Shown here: positions 33,512 through 44,608 of the stretch, piece by piece | Numbering within the stretch: the stretch's first letter is position 1 | Layout of the letters: every line of letters starts with the position of its first letter | Made by a program: the position numbers and the translations under genes | The notes under the pieces: generated by a model | The model's database searches: none | Seen by the model: the letters and a program-made list of their open reading frames with translations, nothing else | Told to the model about the DNA's origin: nothing | Source: an uncultured Ignavibacteriales bacterium | Lineage (GTDB): Bacteria; Zixibacteria; MSB-5A5; GN15; FEB-12 | NCBI GenBank assembly: GCA_964489705.1 | Contig: CAZAZQ010000013.1 | Coordinates: 7,085-71,084, forward strand | Reading direction: 5' to 3' | DNA length: 64,000 bases

Positions 33512-34342
33512 TTAGCGTACACTGCCTTCCGAATCTTTTTTGGACAACTTGGACGAAGCTTCTTCGAGAAATTTCCGCTCACTCTTGCTGAGATTCTCAA
33601 TACCGACCTCGTTTATTTTGTCGAGTATGGCGTCTACCCGCTTCATAATATCTTCGGCGTTTTGTCTGTTTTTCTCTAATTTGGCTTCTTTTCGGCGATG
33701 CTGCCAGTTATGCCATCGTTGCGATAGCCGAATCAGCCGTAGATCCGATTTCATGTATATCAACCCGAAGAGAGCACCGCCCAGATGAGCCATGTGAGCG
33801 ATATTGGCGCCTGAGAACAAGAATCCCAACACCATCATTCCCGGAATCGCCCATTTGACTTTGATGGGGATGAGGAAGTAGATGTACAAGTATCTGTTCG
33901 GGAACATAATCCAATAAGCGACGAGAAGGGCATAGATGGCGGCGGAAGCGCCGATTATGGGGTAGGGCTGAGAATAATTGAAAATCAGACTGAGCACCGC
34001 TCCGGAGATGCCGCCGAACAAGTAAAACTTGGCAAAACGTTTACTTCCCCAGAGGCGCTCGATTTCCGTTCCGAAAATCCACAGGGCGAACATGTTGAAG
34101 AAGAGATGCCAGAAATTCCCGTGCAGAAACATATAGGTGAAGGGTTGATATACGGCATTGGGGAAATCGGCAAAAAAACGTGCCGGGGTCAAACCAAGCA
34201 GAAACGTCAGGGGAGGGTAAAACTTTTGGACGAAGAAAACAGCGACGTTGGAGATGAGCATCACCTTAATAAAAGGCGATATCAGACTTCCAAAACCTCC
34301 CCCGCGCCGGAACGAGCGCTCTGTAAACTCATAACTTTTCAT
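33512..34342 (-). CDS. Rhomboid intramembrane serine protease with C-terminal DUF6576-like tail
   Basis: FLHGNFWHLFFNM, IGASA, AHMAHLGG; VDAILDKINEVGIENLS tail. Confidence 0.93.
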   Translation of the reverse strand: MKSYEFTERSFRRGGGFGSLISPFIKVMLISNVAVFFVQKFYPPLTFLLGLTPARFFADFPNAVYQPFTYMFLHGNFWHLFFNMFALWIFGTEIERLWGSKRFAKFYLFGGISGAVLSLIFNYSQPYPIIGASAAIYALLVAYWIMFPNRYLYIYFLIPIKVKWAIPGMMVLGFLFSGANIAHMAHLGGALFGLIYMKSDLRLIRLSQRWHNWQHRRKEAKLEKNRQNAEDIMKRVDAILDKINEVGIENLSKSERKFLEEASSKLSKKDSEGSVR

Positions 34343-34671
34343 CTGTTTCAGTTATCGGGTGTTCCGCAAAATCATTTATCCTCAGGGGCTTTTCTCCCCA
34401 TCACCCGACGTTTTCTCTCCGCTTGCCGCCGTTTCGTTCTTGTTTTCTTCCTCCGGAAGGGTGCAGGGAGGAGCCATTCAGGTGCCTACCCCAAACCGGG
34501 GAAAAACCTTCGCCATCAGGATATACCAGACAACTACGAATACTATTAAAATAACGAGGTCATACATATTTTATGCAATAGTTTCATGTTTTTGTCAAAA
34601 AATCAAGTCTTTTGCGCTCTTTTGCGGTATATCGCGTGATGAGAAGTACCTTTTGTTCAATTTGTATGCAG

Positions 34672-34707
34672 AAAAAAGCCGGTCTGAGGAGTTTCAAACC
34701 GGCTTTT
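34672..34707 (-). terminator. Terminator downstream of trxA
   Basis: AAAAGCCGGT/ACCGGCTTTT inverted repeat with A/T tails. Confidence 0.75.
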
Positions 34708-34720
34708 CGTCTATAGGGAA

Positions 34721-35047
34721 TTACGAGAGAATTTTCTCTAAACGGGAAACCAAGTGGGATTTGGGTACCGCTCCGATTACCCGGTCGACTTCCTGCCCGT
34801 CCTTGAAAACCAACAACGACGGAATCGACATAATACCGTATCTTCCCGCCGTCAGATTGTTGGAATCGACATCCAGCTTGGCAACTTTGAGCTTATCGGA
34901 ATACTCGTCGGCGATTTCTTCCAAGATGGGAGCAATCATCTTGCACGGACCGCACCAGGTCGCCCAAAAGTCGACAATAACCGGTTTATCTGATTGAATA
35001 ACTTCCGCTTCAAACGTGTCGTCAGTTACATGAACAGGTTTGCTCAT
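34721..35047 (-). CDS. trxA: Thioredoxin
   Basis: [18 protein letters not shown]; GGAGGAG RBS. Confidence 0.98.
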   Translation of the reverse strand: MSKPVHVTDDTFEAEVIQSDKPVIVDFWATWCGPCKMIAPILEEIADEYSDKLKVAKLDVDSNNLTAGRYGIMSIPSLLVFKDGQEVDRVIGAVPKSHLVSRLEKILS

Positions 35048-35093
35048 CTAACTCCTCCATTTTCATCTATCATCACGATTCTTTTTGTTTCTG

Positions 35094-35121
35094 TATAACA
35101 CTTCTTGTTTCCTGAAGTTCC
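35094..35121 (-). promoter_or_regulatory. ECF-type promoter upstream of trxA
   Basis: GGAACTT-N15-GTTATA, same layout as the motif upstream of the ECF sigma gene. Confidence 0.55.
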
Positions 35122-35245
35122 GTAACATCGAGAAAAGTACTCTTTCTTCTCGAAGAACAACCCTCTTCAGTCGAATGTTTTCATCGCACCCAATATATGT
35201 ATTGCCGAAGAGAAATCAACCTTTATCCTGTTTGTCGGTTATCGG

Positions 35246-38200
35246 TTATCGGTAGCGGAAGGATTTCTCTCGAAAGGTGACGCTCTTGGCAAACGAGCGA
35301 ACCTGCTCGGCAAACGCCTCCAGTCGGGTATCTTCGCCGGAATCGCGCAGTCCTTCGTAACTGATGTTCAACCACGGGATACCGCCCAAATCCTCCGAGA
35401 TTTTCTTGGACAAGGAACTGACCACCGTGCCGGGCATACAGTTGAACGGCATGGCGTTGACAATCCCCGACACGCCTTCGAAGGTCATCTCTATGGCTTT
35501 CCCGACCGAGAGGATGGCTTCTCCTTTGAAATCGAGAGGAAGGTATCTCGTCGCCAGGTTCATCATTTTCCCGACGGGGTAGTCTTCTTCCAACTGCGCT
35601 AGCCTGGTGAAATACTTGGCGATTTTATGTTCATGCCGACGTTGGATGAAGACTTGCAGGCTGCCGCGGAGAAAATCTTTGAGTCGGCGGTCGCGGAGAG
35701 CATCCCGTTGATAATCAAGAGAAGTGTACATCGGCCATTCGCAGAAAGGTGCCAGCCAGACCTGGAGACCCAGTTTCTCCAGCTTTTCGATGAGGTGGTT
35801 GTTGGAAAAGCGGTTATTGCGAAGGTAGATTTCCCCGACGACCCCCACCAGCGGGAATCTTTCGTCTATCGTCTCTATCTTGAGAAAATCGTTAACGGCA
35901 TCCCGCGCCAACGCTTCGAACGATTCTTCCCGAATCATCGTCCGGCTCAGGCGATGGATGTAATGGTAATAGACTTTTTCCGTTTCGCCCGGATTGACTT
36001 CATACGGACGAGTGTGGTGAAGCAGTTTCATCAGGTAGTCGAGAAAGACCAGCCCTTGCCAGGTTAGTTTGCGGAAAGTGGTGCCGTCTTCGATACCGAA
36101 ACCGGAATAGCCGTCCTTCGAGTTGGGGGAGAAGATGGGCACCTCATGGTAGCCCAGGTCGTCCAACACAATCCGGTGATACTGGCTGTACAACCCGAAG
36201 CGGCACGGACCGTCGGCGCCGGGCATGAAAAAGACGGTACGACTCGGGTCGAAATCCTCGGATTTGATTTTCTTTATCATATCACCGGTGGTAACGACCA
36301 ACGGGAAACATTCCTTGCCGGAAGAGAACTTTTTCCCGTACTCAAGCGTTAATTCATCCGGTTCGTCCAGCACTTCCGCCGTCAAGCCGAAACGCTCGAA
36401 CGCCGCCCGCAAGACGTAGGCATGGTCACACATGTTCGGAATATAGATGGTCTTTTCAAAGGGACGGAAATCGTCGCAGGCGATGTTGAAACTGCTGACC
36501 GGCATACTGAACGTGTAAAAGCGGAGAGAATCGACAAACGCTTCGCAACGGGTAATCAAACCGGCGTCGGCGGAGTGTTCGTCGAGTTCAAGCTGGAGGA
36601 ACGGTTTCCCGTACATGAGCTTGCGGAAGAAGTGGGTGATAAACGAATCGGGACCGCAGCCGAAGGAGGTGATGTAGACGGCAAACAAATTGGGATGCTT
36701 GCGGATGTAATCCCCCGCCGCCAGAATCGATCGGCCATACCGCCAGTACATGTAGGAGTAATCGGCTTCATCATCGGCAATGGGAAGGAAATCGATGGGG
36801 ATGGCTTTGAGTCCCAGCTTGCGGATCTTATCGGGCAACTCCAGGGAGAGCCAGCGGTCATTGCCGTTGTACGGACGGCTGACGATAACCAACGCCTTTT
36901 CGTCCGGCTCCAATTCCTCGAGAATTTTTCGTCCTTCTTCAATCAGGCTCCGCCGGTAGGTTTGATAAGCGCGGAATCCCGCCTCCAGCGCTTTCTTGTA
37001 TTCGCTGTCGGAAAGGTCTAAATCATCCGCCAGATGCTTCATGCGTTGGTGCAGCTCGTTCATATCGGAACTGAAAGAGATGGGCGAATTGAGAAACGTG
37101 ATGTTCAAACTGTCGAAGTCAAAACGAGCCCGAATCGAAGAGCCGACGGATTGGACGTACGGACAGTAGTAGGCGCCGTTGTCGGAATCCTCGTCGTCGA
37201 CCGCCATTTTAATCAAAGCCGGGAGAAAAATGGCATCGACTTTTTTCTCGATGAGGTTGGCGATGTGACCGTACACCATTTTGATGGGGTAGCAGGTTTC
37301 CGCCGTAAAAAGTTCAAGGGCGTCTTCGGCGATTTTCTTATTCGAGAGGTTGGAGTTGACGACGCGGAAGTTCAACGCTTCGAAAAACGCCCGCCAGAAG
37401 GGATAATAGTCGTAAAAGTGCAAGACCATCGGAATGCCGATACGCCCGCGGATGACTTTGGGCTTGGTGAACTTTTGGTATCGTTTGAAAAGGAGCTTGT
37501 GGCGCAGTTTCATGTAGTCTGGGGGGAGTTGCTTTGCGGTCCGTTGTTTGATGTCGTACTTTTCGCAGCGGGCGCCATAGTACAGCGGTTCTTCCCCTTC
37601 GATTTCCACTTTATGGATTTCGCACTGGTTGGCGCAGTCTTCACACACGAACGACTCAATCTCGTAATGCCGTTTGTGCAGGTCAAATCCTTTGAAGTTG
37701 GTTTGGAAACCCGGCTCGGCTATTTTCTCTTTGGCGAGAATTGCCGCTCCGATGGCACCGGTAACGTCATGGTGCGGGGGGACGGTTATCTTTTTCCCGA
37801 GGAGCTTCTCGAACGCCGCCACCACCGCTTTGTTCCACGCTACGCCGCCCTGGAAGAAGATATGGTTTCCTATCCGGCGGTCCCCGACCACTTTGGTGAG
37901 GTAGTTGCTGGCAATGGAATATGCCAATCCCGCCAGTAAGTCATCCTTGCTGGCACCGCTGCGCTGGTGAGCGACCAGGTCCGATTCCATGAAGACGGTA
38001 CACCGTTCGCCGCATCCGACCGGACATTTGGCGTGGAGCGCTTTTTCGCCGAATTCCGTTTCAATCTGGATGTTGAGTTTTTCCGCCTGCTCTTGAAGGA
38101 AAGAACCGGTACCGGCGGCGCAGGCTTTGTTCATTTCGAAGTCGACCACCGCTTGCTTGTCGATGGATATGTATTTCGAATCCTGCCCGCCGATTTCAAA

Positions 38201-39451
38201 GATAGTGTCGACGTTCGGATCGATGTCAATCGCCGCCGTCGCTTGAGCGGTGATTTCGTTGCGAACGACATCGGCACCGACAAAATCCCCGATGAGGTAG
38301 CGTCCCGAGCCGGTCGTTCCCACCGCTTTGACGATGACTCTGTTGCCGACTTCTTCGCCGATTTCCGCCAGCCCGCGGCGTACCGCTTCGATGGGACGCC
38401 CTTCGGTCATCAGGTAACGACGGGCGATGACGTGATTGTCTTTATCAATCAATACCACGTTCGTCGAAAGTGAACCGATGTCAATGCCGAGAAAAACCTC
38501 AAGGTTATCAATGTCTTTCGGTCGCTCAGCTAAAGTAATACTATAATACTTGGAATCGGGATAATCGAACGAGAGTGCATCTCGTCCCGATTCGGGAACG
38601 GTGCGGAATTTCAAGTAGGCGGCGATTCGTTCCGGATCGAAAGATTCAACCACGGCATTTTCTTCCCGCGCCAACAATGCCGCCCCAACGGCGCCGATGA
38701 CGTTATAATGTGGAGGGATGATGAGTTCGTCTTTTTCCAAGTCCAAGATTTCCGTAAAGGCACGAATCATGCCGGGGTTAGCGGCGACCCCTCCTTCGAA
38801 GGCAATCGGCTTGTCGAATTTTTTCCCGCGGGCGATGGAGCTTTTGAAATTCCGCGCCACGGCAAAACACAAGCCTGCCACGATATCGTAATCGGGGGTG
38901 GCGATTTGTTGCAAGTGAATCATGTCCGACTTGGCAAAGACCGAACACCGCCCGGCGATGCGGGGAGGATTTTTCGATTTGAGTGCGAGTTTTCCGAACT
39001 CGTCTTCGATGGATATTTTCAGCCGCCCTGCCTGCTGGTCAAGAAAAGAGCCCGTGCCCGCAGCGCATTGGGCGTTCATAGCGAAGTCGGTGACAATTTT
39101 TTGACTGCTGTCGAGGATGAGCAGTTTGGAGTCTTCTCCGCCCATCTCGATGACGGTGCGAACCTCCGGTATCACGTGAAAGTTGCCGTGAGCGATGCTG
39201 GCGATTTCGCCGTAGAATTTTCCGCCCAAAATCGACTGGGCGGTTTTGCCGCCGATACCGGTCATGCCCAATGTGAACGTTTGATTCCGAAGCTCCGGAA
39301 ATTGCTCCGTGAGAATCTCGTGCAGCCGTTCGAAAGGACGTCCTTGGAATCGGCTGTAGACTTCCTTGACGATGCTGTCCCCGTCCATGAGGACAAGCTT
39401 GACCGAGACGGAGCCGATGTCGATACCTAATGTCGTATGTTTTGTACTCAT
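35246..39451 (-). CDS. Acyl-CoA dehydratase activase fusion (two ASKHA ATPase domains + DUF2229 + dehydratase-like domain)
   Basis: Two GIDIGS..GG(E/Q)DSK..CAAGTGSFL modules, ETCYP, SFGCGPD, LELDEH, PFNCMP. Confidence 0.92.
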   Translation of the reverse strand: MSTKHTTLGIDIGSVSVKLVLMDGDSIVKEVYSRFQGRPFERLHEILTEQFPELRNQTFTLGMTGIGGKTAQSILGGKFYGEIASIAHGNFHVIPEVRTVIEMGGEDSKLLILDSSQKIVTDFAMNAQCAAGTGSFLDQQAGRLKISIEDEFGKLALKSKNPPRIAGRCSVFAKSDMIHLQQIATPDYDIVAGLCFAVARNFKSSIARGKKFDKPIAFEGGVAANPGMIRAFTEILDLEKDELIIPPHYNVIGAVGAALLAREENAVVESFDPERIAAYLKFRTVPESGRDALSFDYPDSKYYSITLAERPKDIDNLEVFLGIDIGSLSTNVVLIDKDNHVIARRYLMTEGRPIEAVRRGLAEIGEEVGNRVIVKAVGTTGSGRYLIGDFVGADVVRNEITAQATAAIDIDPNVDTIFEIGGQDSKYISIDKQAVVDFEMNKACAAGTGSFLQEQAEKLNIQIETEFGEKALHAKCPVGCGERCTVFMESDLVAHQRSGASKDDLLAGLAYSIASNYLTKVVGDRRIGNHIFFQGGVAWNKAVVAAFEKLLGKKITVPPHHDVTGAIGAAILAKEKIAEPGFQTNFKGFDLHKRHYEIESFVCEDCANQCEIHKVEIEGEEPLYYGARCEKYDIKQRTAKQLPPDYMKLRHKLLFKRYQKFTKPKVIRGRIGIPMVLHFYDYYPFWRAFFEALNFRVVNSNLSNKKIAEDALELFTAETCYPIKMVYGHIANLIEKKVDAIFLPALIKMAVDDEDSDNGAYYCPYVQSVGSSIRARFDFDSLNITFLNSPISFSSDMNELHQRMKHLADDLDLSDSEYKKALEAGFRAYQTYRRSLIEEGRKILEELEPDEKALVIVSRPYNGNDRWLSLELPDKIRKLGLKAIPIDFLPIADDEADYSYMYWRYGRSILAAGDYIRKHPNLFAVYITSFGCGPDSFITHFFRKLMYGKPFLQLELDEHSADAGLITRCEAFVDSLRFYTFSMPVSSFNIACDDFRPFEKTIYIPNMCDHAYVLRAAFERFGLTAEVLDEPDELTLEYGKKFSSGKECFPLVVTTGDMIKKIKSEDFDPSRTVFFMPGADGPCRFGLYSQYHRIVLDDLGYHEVPIFSPNSKDGYSGFGIEDGTTFRKLTWQGLVFLDYLMKLLHHTRPYEVNPGETEKVYYHYIHRLSRTMIREESFEALARDAVNDFLKIETIDERFPLVGVVGEIYLRNNRFSNNHLIEKLEKLGLQVWLAPFCEWPMYTSLDYQRDALRDRRLKDFLRGSLQVFIQRRHEHKIAKYFTRLAQLEEDYPVGKMMNLATRYLPLDFKGEAILSVGKAIEMTFEGVSGIVNAMPFNCMPGTVVSSLSKKISEDLGGIPWLNISYEGLRDSGEDTRLEAFAEQVRSFAKSVTFREKSFRYR

Positions 39452-39765
39452 GGGGAATAAATCAACACCTCCCCTTTCTTGTTGGCAAGTAAATAATAAT
39501 CTTATTCCTCCTTCTTGATCGCATCCTTTGATTATGTGTTATACGCATCAGAGGCGACGGCATTGGCATATCTTTGAACAATGCGGAATTTTTTTCATAA
39601 CCGGCATGACCAACAGGGAATGTCCCTTATTCTCAAACGGAAGAACAGGGAGGCGATACCTGTCGTTTCCTGTCTCATTCCATGCTGACGGATGAAAAGG
39701 CAGCCTTCAAGGAATGCTTTAAGGGGAAGCGGTCATCTATTGACACGATGAGGGATGCGAGAGGG

Positions 39766-41922
39766 CTAACGCCACAGTCGGTCGTATAACTGCTTTACGC
39801 TGTCACGCTGTGCCGTGGCGCCGTTTACATCGAGTCGTTGCAGCAAGATCTGAAACGCTTCACGATAATTTTGAGCGATGTCTTTCTCGGTGCGGCTGAG
39901 GAATCGTCTTCCTTCAAAGCCTCGGTAGTCATAGCGACGGAGAAGGTTGTCTTCCAACGGATGGTAATCTTCTCTTTTAGCGGAATCCGGTTCGATCTTC
40001 CATACCAAGCCGTCAAGACGTAAAAGGCTCTCGAGGTCACCGTGGAGTATTCGGTTGGTGGTGGTGTACAACGGCCTGCGCCACTGATTGTGGGCAAGAA
40101 TGTTCAACAACACCTTGTCTTGAATCAATAAGTATTTGTCCGCAATCGTGGGAGTAATAGTTACCGTCACGCTGTTTTTTGAGCCGCCTCCGGCAAAGGT
40201 CACTTCTTTGGATTTCCAGGGAACGACACGGAGATTTTTCAACGAATCCGGCGTCAATGACCAAGGCAGAGCGGGGCGATAGCGCATGGTCGTTTGGAGA
40301 AACCAAACGGTATTCAACAGGGGAAGGTTCAAGACCGCGACGTCATTTCGGTAGTTTTCCACGATTTGCAAATACCACAGGGGGAAGGTGTCGATATCGC
40401 CGCCGGTGAAGAGAACGGCATTTTTTTCACATGAGTCGAGTATGTTGCGCGCATAAGCCAGACAGCCGTAGTTGTGACTTTGATTGTTGGAGCTCCAGTT
40501 AGCATGGAGGGCATTGAGCGGCAGAAGGACGAACAGCCCCGCCGAGGCAAACCAGATGCTGTCGGCATACCGCGGCAAAAGCCGAGTCGTCGCGTTCAGA
40601 ACGGCATAACAGCCTACCCCAAGCCACAATGAGAACACCATGAAAGAAGCGAGAAAATGGCGCTCCATATTGCGAAAGAACGGCTCCGGAACGTTGAGGT
40701 AGACAATAGCAATAAAAGAAGCGCAGAGAAACATCCCGAGCAGCCAGAGGGCTTGCTTGGTCTTTCGGACGAAGTGGTAAATCATGCCGACAAGCCCGAC
40801 GATTACGGGAATACCGAACATTCCGGTGAGTTTGACATTCTCCGTTGCGGCATCGAACCCGATGAAGTTCCAGCCGAAATAGCGGAGATACTCGTGTTTT
40901 ACCTGCCAATCCCAGAAAGGTCCTTTTCGTTGTAAGAGATCGCTGCCGAAAGTTTTGATGCCGAACTGGTGCAGCGTCAGGTAATCCCAAAGGCTTTTGA
41001 AGGTATCAGGATTGCCGAGGTTGAAAACAGGGTGAAGCTGGGCACGGAAGAGGTTCGTCAGTTGAAGCGACGCTCCCAACAGGAAAAGAACAATGCCGCC
41101 CGCCCATATCCGGTAGTCCAAAAGGACCCTGGGACGCCGCAGGAGCACCAGCAAGAGAAACGCCGGTAAAAACAGCAGGTTGCTTCGATGAACACTTATG
41201 TCCAAGCCGAAAAGGAAGGCGGCAAGAAGGAGGTAGTTTCCGGCTCCGGGTTGCTCCGAGCTCTCCCACCAGCGAAAGGCAACAAAGGTGAGAATCGTTG
41301 CCATCAACAGGGAAAAAGCATACGGGTTGGTGAACGTCCCGTGCCGCCAGATGCACGTCGTAAAAGCAAAGCAGAGAGCAGCAATGATGCTTGCCGCTTG
41401 TACCAAGAAGGGGCAAGCGTGGTTAAAAGTCGAGAGAATCCGCACCAAGAGGACGTAGACAATTGCTGCCGATAGGGCGGTGACAATGGCGGTCAAGATA
41501 TGTATTCGTACCGTTGGAGAAGGAATGAAAGAAGCGTATCCTGCCAGCCGCCCGAAAAGCTGGAGCAGGACCGAGCCGGGAGGCGCTAAGATGCCAAGCG
41601 TGTAGCTTCCGATGATGTAGTCGGGGCTGCTCCACCAGGCGGGAGCCGGGTACATAGTAAGGATGTAAACAATAAACGCTCCGGCAAAAACTCCCCACAC
41701 AGGAAAGGAATCCCGTGAAATGCTCCATATTTTTCCCATTTTCTCTTGACGGGGGAGAAGTCCACGCGGAATCAGAACCACGTATCCCAAAATCAGCAGA
41801 ATCGGCGCCACGGTGAGGCTCAGGGCACCGTCGACCGGTGGGGTGCGAAGGGCGACAAATCCAAGCACGAGGCACAGGATGCCCATATAAAAAGAACGCG
41901 TCGGCTTCCGGGTATTTCCCAT
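39766..41922 (-). CDS. Second, divergent DUF2723/TMEM260-like membrane protein
   Basis: LGILAPPG, GDIDTFPLWYLQ, NLPLLNTVW; N-terminal DUF3098-like hairpin. Confidence 0.82.
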   Translation of the reverse strand: MGNTRKPTRSFYMGILCLVLGFVALRTPPVDGALSLTVAPILLILGYVVLIPRGLLPRQEKMGKIWSISRDSFPVWGVFAGAFIVYILTMYPAPAWWSSPDYIIGSYTLGILAPPGSVLLQLFGRLAGYASFIPSPTVRIHILTAIVTALSAAIVYVLLVRILSTFNHACPFLVQAASIIAALCFAFTTCIWRHGTFTNPYAFSLLMATILTFVAFRWWESSEQPGAGNYLLLAAFLFGLDISVHRSNLLFLPAFLLLVLLRRPRVLLDYRIWAGGIVLFLLGASLQLTNLFRAQLHPVFNLGNPDTFKSLWDYLTLHQFGIKTFGSDLLQRKGPFWDWQVKHEYLRYFGWNFIGFDAATENVKLTGMFGIPVIVGLVGMIYHFVRKTKQALWLLGMFLCASFIAIVYLNVPEPFFRNMERHFLASFMVFSLWLGVGCYAVLNATTRLLPRYADSIWFASAGLFVLLPLNALHANWSSNNQSHNYGCLAYARNILDSCEKNAVLFTGGDIDTFPLWYLQIVENYRNDVAVLNLPLLNTVWFLQTTMRYRPALPWSLTPDSLKNLRVVPWKSKEVTFAGGGSKNSVTVTITPTIADKYLLIQDKVLLNILAHNQWRRPLYTTTNRILHGDLESLLRLDGLVWKIEPDSAKREDYHPLEDNLLRRYDYRGFEGRRFLSRTEKDIAQNYREAFQILLQRLDVNGATAQRDSVKQLYDRLWR

Positions 41923-42172
41923 CAGGCTATCCCTTTCCCCGGTTCCTCTTGGATATCTCGTCGTTGTGCCGAATGAGCCTCTCGCCGGTGAGAGAGAAGC
42001 GAAAATTCTCTTCTCTGCCGTTTTCGGCGACGGGAGCTTGTTTTACCTATGCACACGATACGCAGTCTGTTGCTTGAGGTTCAAAACCGAACGACTTTAC
42101 CCATGATGGGAATTTGTTCTCATTGAGTCAAGTGTTTTATCGCTTGTGTTTGTCGGGTGGAAAAGAAACCAT

Positions 42173-42200
42173 AAAAAAAGCGGGAGAGAACTCCCGCTTT
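42173..42200 (-). terminator. Terminator downstream of the MCP gene
   Basis: AAAGCGGGAG-agaa-CTCCCGCTTT with T7 on the minus strand. Confidence 0.85.
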
Positions 42201-42232
42201 GAAAAAAAGAGGTTACTTTATCAGGGACAGGC

Positions 42233-44389
42233 TCAACTGTGAATCTTAAATCGGGACACCATCTGCTGGAGTCCCTCCGCCTGTCGGTTGAGCTCTTCGG
42301 CGGCGGCGGCGGACTGTTCCGCACCCTTCGCCGTTTCGTCGATAACGTTGGAGATCTGCTCGATGCTTCGAGAGATTTCCTCCGCCGCGGTGGACTGTTG
42401 CTCCGCAGCCGAAGCGATTTGCTCTATCATGTCGACCACCCGCTGGTTCATTGCCACTATTTCATTAAGGCTGTTGCCGGCTTTGTCGGCAAGTTCTCTG
42501 CCCTTGTCGACTTCTTGAATTCCGGCTTCCATCGAATTGACCGCATCTTCGGTTTCGTGTTGGATGCCTTTAATCATGTCGGTGATTTCGCTGGTGGCTT
42601 TGCTGGTGCGTTCGGCAAGTTTTCTCACCTCATCGGCGACCACCGCAAAACCGCGCCCCTGCTCTCCGGCACGCGCCGCTTCAATGGCGGCGTTGAGTGC
42701 CAACAGGTTGGTTTGGTCGGCGATGTCGTCGATGACGCCGATGATTTCACCGATCTGATCGGCGGAGTTCGCCAGCTTGGCAATGGACTCGGCGGAATCA
42801 CGCACCACGTCGGCGATTCGCTGCATCCCTTGAATGGTGTCGCTGACGATTTGTCCGCCGGTCGAAGCGGTGGTGGAAGCGTTCCGGGAAGCGTCGGTGG
42901 CTTCGCCGGCGTTTCGGGACGACTCTACGATAGTCGCGGTCACCTCTTCCACTCCCGAAGAGACCTGGTTAATCTGTTGCGCTTGCTCGTTCACTCCCTG
43001 GGAAAGTTGCTCAGCGGTGGAGGATATCTGAGTAGCGGCGCTGACCAACTCACGAGCGTTATCAGCAAGCTGACGAATCATGCCGGAGAGGTTTTCAATC
43101 ATGATCTTGAAGGAATTCCCCAGCACGTCCTTTTCGGATTTCGGTTTCACTTGGACGGTTAAATCATTTTGAGCAATCCTTTGGGAAGCCTCGGCAATTT
43201 CTTGGATGTAGGTGATAAGTTCCTTTGAAGATGATTGAAGCAATCCGATCTCGTCATCGGAATTGACTTCGATGGTGTGGTCGATTTCCCCCTTGGCGAT
43301 TCCGACGAGAACGGTTGTGACTTGCTTGATGGGGTCGGCAATCTTTTTGGCAAAGAAGTAAAGCAGCCCAAGCGCCAACAAAAGACAAATTACACCAAGG
43401 AGAATTTGTTTCCACATCGCCGAAGAAGCTTTGGCGGTTATTATCTCCTTGGGGACTTCCAGCTTCACTGACCACGGAGTGGCAGTTTGTCCTACGGTCA
43501 AGGGGGTAAACACCCGAAGTTTTTCTCCGGCGAACTCGATGGTTTCCTTCGCATTTTGAATGGCGGCAAGGGTCTTGCTGGTTTTGGCTTGGTCCTCACC
43601 GCGGGCGGCACGAATCGCAATCATATTCTTCCCGACCCGTTCAGGGTGTCCCGTTACGCCGCAGATTGTCCCGTCGTTGCTCAGGATGACCAAGGTTCCG
43701 GTCTTGTCAAAGATATCAAGTTTGTCTGCAATCTCCTGTAGTTTATTCAGCCGCAGGTCAATGCCGGTAATCCCGTAGAAACGTTCGTTGGCAATGATAG
43801 GAGCGACCAAAGAGATAACCAGCTCATTGTTGCCTTGAATCGGATACATGTGGGGATTGACAAGGCATTCTTGCTTGGTCTTTTTGCACAACTCATAAAA
43901 GTTCTTTTCGGATTTAGCATCGTAGCCGATGGTCGGACTCAGGCGAATTTCTCCTTGCGGATTGCGGCTCCAATACGGGATGAACCGCCCGGTCTTGTCG
44001 TGCCCGTCGGTATCGATATAGCCCATATCCATCCCGTCGAAGGCATCCGGCTCCCAGACCGTGTAGACGCCGGCAAATTCGGGATTTCGTTGTAAAGTGG
44101 TTTGCAGGATTCCGTTGGCTTCTTCTCTGCCGATGTCGAGCAAAATCTTTTCATCTTTCACGGCAGAGAGGGTTTGAGCAACCGATTTGGCTGCATCCAG
44201 CGCTTTTTCGAGCTGAAACTTCACGGCAAAGGCATTGGTTCGGGCGGCATTAATTGTGTCATGTTCTGCCGTGTTTATGGCGATTTCCCGCATTGAGAGG
44301 GCGGAGTAGGTAATGATAATCGCCGTGGTAATCAGCAAAGCAAAGCCAGCCCAGAGCGCTATTTTCAATTGCACCGATTTAATTTTCAT
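42233..44389 (-). CDS. Methyl-accepting chemotaxis protein (dCache-HAMP-MA)
   Basis: Two TM helices, [15 protein letters not shown] dCache, [38 protein letters not shown]. Confidence 0.97.
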   Translation of the reverse strand: MKIKSVQLKIALWAGFALLITTAIIITYSALSMREIAINTAEHDTINAARTNAFAVKFQLEKALDAAKSVAQTLSAVKDEKILLDIGREEANGILQTTLQRNPEFAGVYTVWEPDAFDGMDMGYIDTDGHDKTGRFIPYWSRNPQGEIRLSPTIGYDAKSEKNFYELCKKTKQECLVNPHMYPIQGNNELVISLVAPIIANERFYGITGIDLRLNKLQEIADKLDIFDKTGTLVILSNDGTICGVTGHPERVGKNMIAIRAARGEDQAKTSKTLAAIQNAKETIEFAGEKLRVFTPLTVGQTATPWSVKLEVPKEIITAKASSAMWKQILLGVICLLLALGLLYFFAKKIADPIKQVTTVLVGIAKGEIDHTIEVNSDDEIGLLQSSSKELITYIQEIAEASQRIAQNDLTVQVKPKSEKDVLGNSFKIMIENLSGMIRQLADNARELVSAATQISSTAEQLSQGVNEQAQQINQVSSGVEEVTATIVESSRNAGEATDASRNASTTASTGGQIVSDTIQGMQRIADVVRDSAESIAKLANSADQIGEIIGVIDDIADQTNLLALNAAIEAARAGEQGRGFAVVADEVRKLAERTSKATSEITDMIKGIQHETEDAVNSMEAGIQEVDKGRELADKAGNSLNEIVAMNQRVVDMIEQIASAAEQQSTAAEEISRSIEQISNVIDETAKGAEQSAAAAEELNRQAEGLQQMVSRFKIHS

Positions 44390-44549
44390 CTGAACACCTA
44401 TCCCTTTGTTGTTCTCTGATTGCGTAACCTCTTTTTTTGTGCTGCGTAGGACAATCAGACAACCCCCACGCAGCATGCTTTATATATGAGCTATTGAAGT
44501 CTGCTTGCTCTTCCTCCCAGAACAGCAAGCAGAACTTCATCCCCTTGTC

Positions 44550-44576
44550 TTATCGGCATTTTCTTCTCTCCGCTGA
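44550..44576 (-). promoter_or_regulatory. sigma28 (FliA)-type promoter of the MCP gene
   Basis: TCAG-N15-GCCGATAA on the minus strand. Confidence 0.65.
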
Positions 44577-44608
44577 TGGGTCAGAAGAGAGAGTCGTTTC
44601 CATTTGTC

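Noticed and set aside
25094-39580. sigma54-like TGGCA motifs near 25095 and 39564
   Set aside because: The -24/-12 spacing is off by one or the GC is missing
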